Shown here: positions 3,570-5,768 of the stretch, piece after piece | Layout: each line of letters begins with the position of its first letter | How positions within the stretch are numbered: position 1 is the stretch's first letter | From: a virus | Direction: 5' to 3' (one strand) | IMG/VR virus record: IMGVR_UViG_3300029495_000075 | Span: 1-5,768 of that record | DNA length: 5,768 bases | The notes under the pieces: generated by a model | Told to the model about the DNA's origin: nothing | The model's database searches: none | The model's input: only the letters and a program-made list of their open reading frames with translations | Program-made: the position numbers and the translations under genes

Positions 3570-5218
3570 AAAGACCGCGATCAAAATTTGACCGCAGCCA
3601 TCAGCTCTTAACGACCATCAACGAAGGCGAACTGGTACCCATCTACATGGACGAAGTGCTACCAGGTGACACAGCACGGGTACAACTTAACGGGCTTATC
3701 AGAATGAGCACTCCTATCTATCCTATCATGGATAACTGTTACATGGATATATATTTCTTCTTTGTGCCTGCAAGACTTTTGTGGTATCACTTTGAAAATA
3801 TGTTCGGTGAAAATGAAACCGACTACTGGGCAGAAGATACGGAGTATTCAACTCCTAAATGCACCATCGGCGGCACCAGCGGCCTTGCAAATGGTTCCAT
3901 CGGCGACTATTTCGGACTGCCGACACAGGTAACGAACGCGCTGGAAGTGAACGCATTACCTGCACGAGCATACTGCAAAATATACAACGAGTGGTTCAGA
4001 GATGAAAATCTTGAAGCGCCGCTTATGGTGGGATACAAAAAGACGGATGACGGCGCAACAAATGCAGACGCAAGCAAAGTAACCGAAAATGCAAACGCTC
4101 TCGACCAGACGACCAACACCAGCGAAGCAACGTTGTATGCAATGAAACCAGCAAAGGTGAGCAAGTTCCACGATTATTTCACATCTTGCCTTCCTTCACC
4201 GTTGAAAAATGCAGAGCCGGTAACGCTGCCAATAACAGGAGCAGCGGGAATATATGCTTACTCAGACAAAGAACTAAAAAATAAAACAGAACAAAACATA
4301 AACAGCTTTACAAGTCAAACAGACGCCGGAGGAACACAAAAACAAAGACTTTACGACATGATCCTATGGGAAGGAACCCCGGCACAAACATATGTAGGAA
4401 ACGGAACGGAAAAAGAACTAAGCTATCTCGGAGCAGACCTTAGCAGTGTAACCGCAACAACGATTAACGACTTACGGCAGGCCATCGCACTGCAACATAT
4501 CTTCGAAGCAGATGCAAGAAACGGCACGAGGTACAGAGAATTCCTTTCCGGGACGTGGGGCATAACAAGTCCGGACAGCCGGCTGCAAATTCCAGAGTAC
4601 ATTGGCGGGCAGCGAATTGCAATCAATGTGAATCAGGTGGTGCAGACCAGCCAAACAGACACCACGACCGGGCAAGCACTGGGCAACACAGCGGCATACA
4701 GCCTAACGACCTGTTCAAAACAGATGGTAGACTATGCAGCAACAGAGTACGGCTATATCATCGGGCTGGCAGTGGTACGAGTGGAACACAGCTACCAGCA
4801 GGGCCTTGGAACCAAATGGACGCGCGGCGGCCGATTCACGTACTACGACCCGCGATTAGCGGCACTGGGCGAACAGCCAGTATACAACAGAGAAATCTAC
4901 GCAGACGGAAGCGAAAAAGATAGCCAGATTTTTGGCTATCAGGAAGCTTGGGCGGATTACCGCTACAAGCCTTCCTACGTAACCGGAGAAATGAGGTCAA
5001 ACTATCAAACGTCTTTGGATGCATGGCACTATGCAGACGACTATGACAAGCTGCCGACACTATCGGCAGAGTGGATTCAGGAAGGACGTGAAAACATCGA
5101 TAGGACTATTGCGGTAACGTCCGCAGTAAGTCACCAATTCTTGTGTGATTTCTGGTTCAATGAAACGTGGTACAGGGAAATGCCAATCTACAGTATCCCG
5201 GGCATCGAAAGAATCTAA
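3557..5218 (+). CDS. VP1: VP1 major capsid protein (Microviridae F-protein family). The start is GTG 3557 or, perhaps more likely, the in-frame ATG 3566.
   Basis: Hallmark gokushovirus motifs: SKFDRSH, LVPIYMDEVLPGDT, YFFFVPARLLW, HDYFTSCLP, TINDLRQAIALQ..E.DARNGTRY.E, RLQIPEYIGG. Stop TAA at 5216..5218. Confidence 0.95.
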   Translation: MPRMERPRSKFDRSHQLLTTINEGELVPIYMDEVLPGDTARVQLNGLIRMSTPIYPIMDNCYMDIYFFFVPARLLWYHFENMFGENETDYWAEDTEYSTPKCTIGGTSGLANGSIGDYFGLPTQVTNALEVNALPARAYCKIYNEWFRDENLEAPLMVGYKKTDDGATNADASKVTENANALDQTTNTSEATLYAMKPAKVSKFHDYFTSCLPSPLKNAEPVTLPITGAAGIYAYSDKELKNKTEQNINSFTSQTDAGGTQKQRLYDMILWEGTPAQTYVGNGTEKELSYLGADLSSVTATTINDLRQAIALQHIFEADARNGTRYREFLSGTWGITSPDSRLQIPEYIGGQRIAINVNQVVQTSQTDTTTGQALGNTAAYSLTTCSKQMVDYAATEYGYIIGLAVVRVEHSYQQGLGTKWTRGGRFTYYDPRLAALGEQPVYNREIYADGSEKDSQIFGYQEAWADYRYKPSYVTGEMRSNYQTSLDAWHYADDYDKLPTLSAEWIQEGRENIDRTIAVTSAVSHQFLCDFWFNETWYREMPIYSIPGIERI

Positions 5219-5228
5219 GAAAGGAGAA

Positions 5229-5254
5229 AGCCGGGCAAAGACCCGGCTATTTTT
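5229..5254 (+). terminator. Intrinsic terminator/attenuator hairpin between VP1 and VP2
   Basis: A 7-bp GC-rich stem AGCCGGG/CCCGGCT (5229..5235 with 5242..5248), a 6-nt loop, one A, then TTTTT (5250..5254). Confidence 0.6.
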
Positions 5255-5256
5255 AA

Positions 5257-5768
5257 ATGGGTACACTTTTATCATGGATGCCGTACATCATGCAGGGACT
5301 TAGCCTACTGACAAGCGTTGCAATGAGTTCAAACCAGAGCAGTGCAACAAGCAGCCAAAGAGCCGGAGAAGAAACAAGCAGCGGAAGCGAAACAACCACC
5401 GGAAGCCTGACAGCACCGCAACAAATCGGCTCAACACAGATTGGAACACCAACAGGCATCACCACATACAACAATCAGGGCAGCGTAAACATGGCAAACG
5501 GCATGAGCTTTTTAAGCTCTATTATCAGTAATCTGATGAACGCAGGAAGCCAAGCAAGCGCAAAAAAATACAACTCCGCAGAAGCGGCGGCAGAAAGAGC
5601 CTTTGCAAAGGAAATGCGCGGCACAGCATATCAGGACACTGTAAAGGACATGATAGCGGCGGGCATCAATCCAATACTAGCGGCAAACAACGGCGCTACA
5701 GCAACACCAAGCGGAGCAAGTGCAAGCATCGGAACACAGCATTACAACCAGCAGAGCGCACAAGCGGC
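5257..5768 (+). CDS. VP2: VP2 minor capsid / DNA pilot protein, N-terminal part. It runs off the window and continues at position 124 of the circle.
   Basis: The frame is open from ATG 5257, directly after an in-frame TAA at 5254..5256, to the window end, and matches 1..502. Alternative in-frame ATGs are at 5278, 5290 and 5323. The N-terminal region is Ser/Thr/Gly/Gln-rich. Confidence 0.78.
   Translation, partial: MGTLLSWMPYIMQGLSLLTSVAMSSNQSSATSSQRAGEETSSGSETTTGSLTAPQQIGSTQIGTPTGITTYNNQGSVNMANGMSFLSSIISNLMNAGSQASAKKYNSAEAAAERAFAKEMRGTAYQDTVKDMIAAGINPILAANNGATATPSGASASIGTQHYNQQSAQA
5646..5768. repeat. Right copy of the direct terminal repeat (identical to 1..123)
   Basis: Same comparison; offset 5645. 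Confidence 0.95.

Larger units (their letters stand above)
1..5645 (+). mobile_element. One complete unit of a circular Microviridae (Gokushovirinae-like) ssDNA phage genome, 5,645 nt
   Basis: Exact 123-nt terminal overlap gives the unit length. VP1, VP2, VP4, VP3-like, VP5-like and ORF8-like genes are all on one strand. Size is typical for the family. Confidence 0.9.

Noticed and set aside
2510-3584. Minus-strand ORFs 2510..2812, 2903..3121, 3131..3319 and 3369..3584
   Set aside because: They are antisense to the motif-supported M15 peptidase, VP5-like and VP3-like genes and are compositional artefacts.
4555-4923. A + strand 122-aa ORF overprinted in VP1 (GTG start), considered as a phiX174 E-like embedded gene
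   Set aside because: It has no SD and no hydrophobic segment. The product is an Arg/Gly/Ser-rich low-complexity sequence in a locally GC-rich part of VP1. It would need conservation evidence.
3907-5474. Minus-strand ORFs 3907..4164, 3956..4171, 4423..4626, 4472..4675, 4836..5060, 5060..5275 and 5253..5474
   Set aside because: They are antisense to VP1 and VP2, for the same reasons as above.

Overview
The window is a complete, circularly closed contig of a small ssDNA phage of the family Microviridae, with a Gokushovirinae-like gene set. The first 123 nt recur exactly at the end (1..123 = 5646..5768), so the unit genome is 5,645 nt. One gene (VP2) runs off the right end and continues at the left end. 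All credible genes are on the + strand. They are VP2 pilot/minor capsid (5257..5768 plus 1..502), VP4 HUH replication initiator (776..1771) and three ORFs under 60 aa that the ORF track misses. Those three are a 59-aa unknown (1979..2158), a 38-aa arginine-rich ORF8/J-like DNA-packaging protein (2221..2337) and a 35-aa amphipathic/acidic peptide (2372..2479). The remaining genes are a Peptidase_M15 (LAS-fold) cell-wall hydrolase (2481..2876), a VP5-like non-structural protein (2880..3134), a VP3-like scaffold (3121..3540) and the VP1 major capsid protein (3557/3566..5218). Five things deserve follow-up. (1) A peptidoglycan hydrolase is abutted to a strongly RBS-driven 35-aa peptide; this lysis-cassette-like pair is atypical for microviruses. 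(2) The 273-nt intergenic region carries 9 exact and 3 degenerate same-strand copies of TTCAACA. It ends in a perfect 11-bp/9-nt-loop hairpin 5 nt before the rep gene, which is an iteron-plus-hairpin, origin-like layout. (3) A 59-aa gene forms a self-contained unit between a near-consensus sigma70/sigmaA promoter and a strong intrinsic terminator (moron-like). (4) A second near-consensus promoter is nested just upstream of that terminator. (5) VP4 and VP2 each have a Shine-Dalgarno sequence separated from the start codon by a stable hairpin (split-RBS geometry). All minus-strand ORFs look like artefacts of the A-rich/T-poor + strand. No homology search could be run, so all family calls rest on motifs read by eye.
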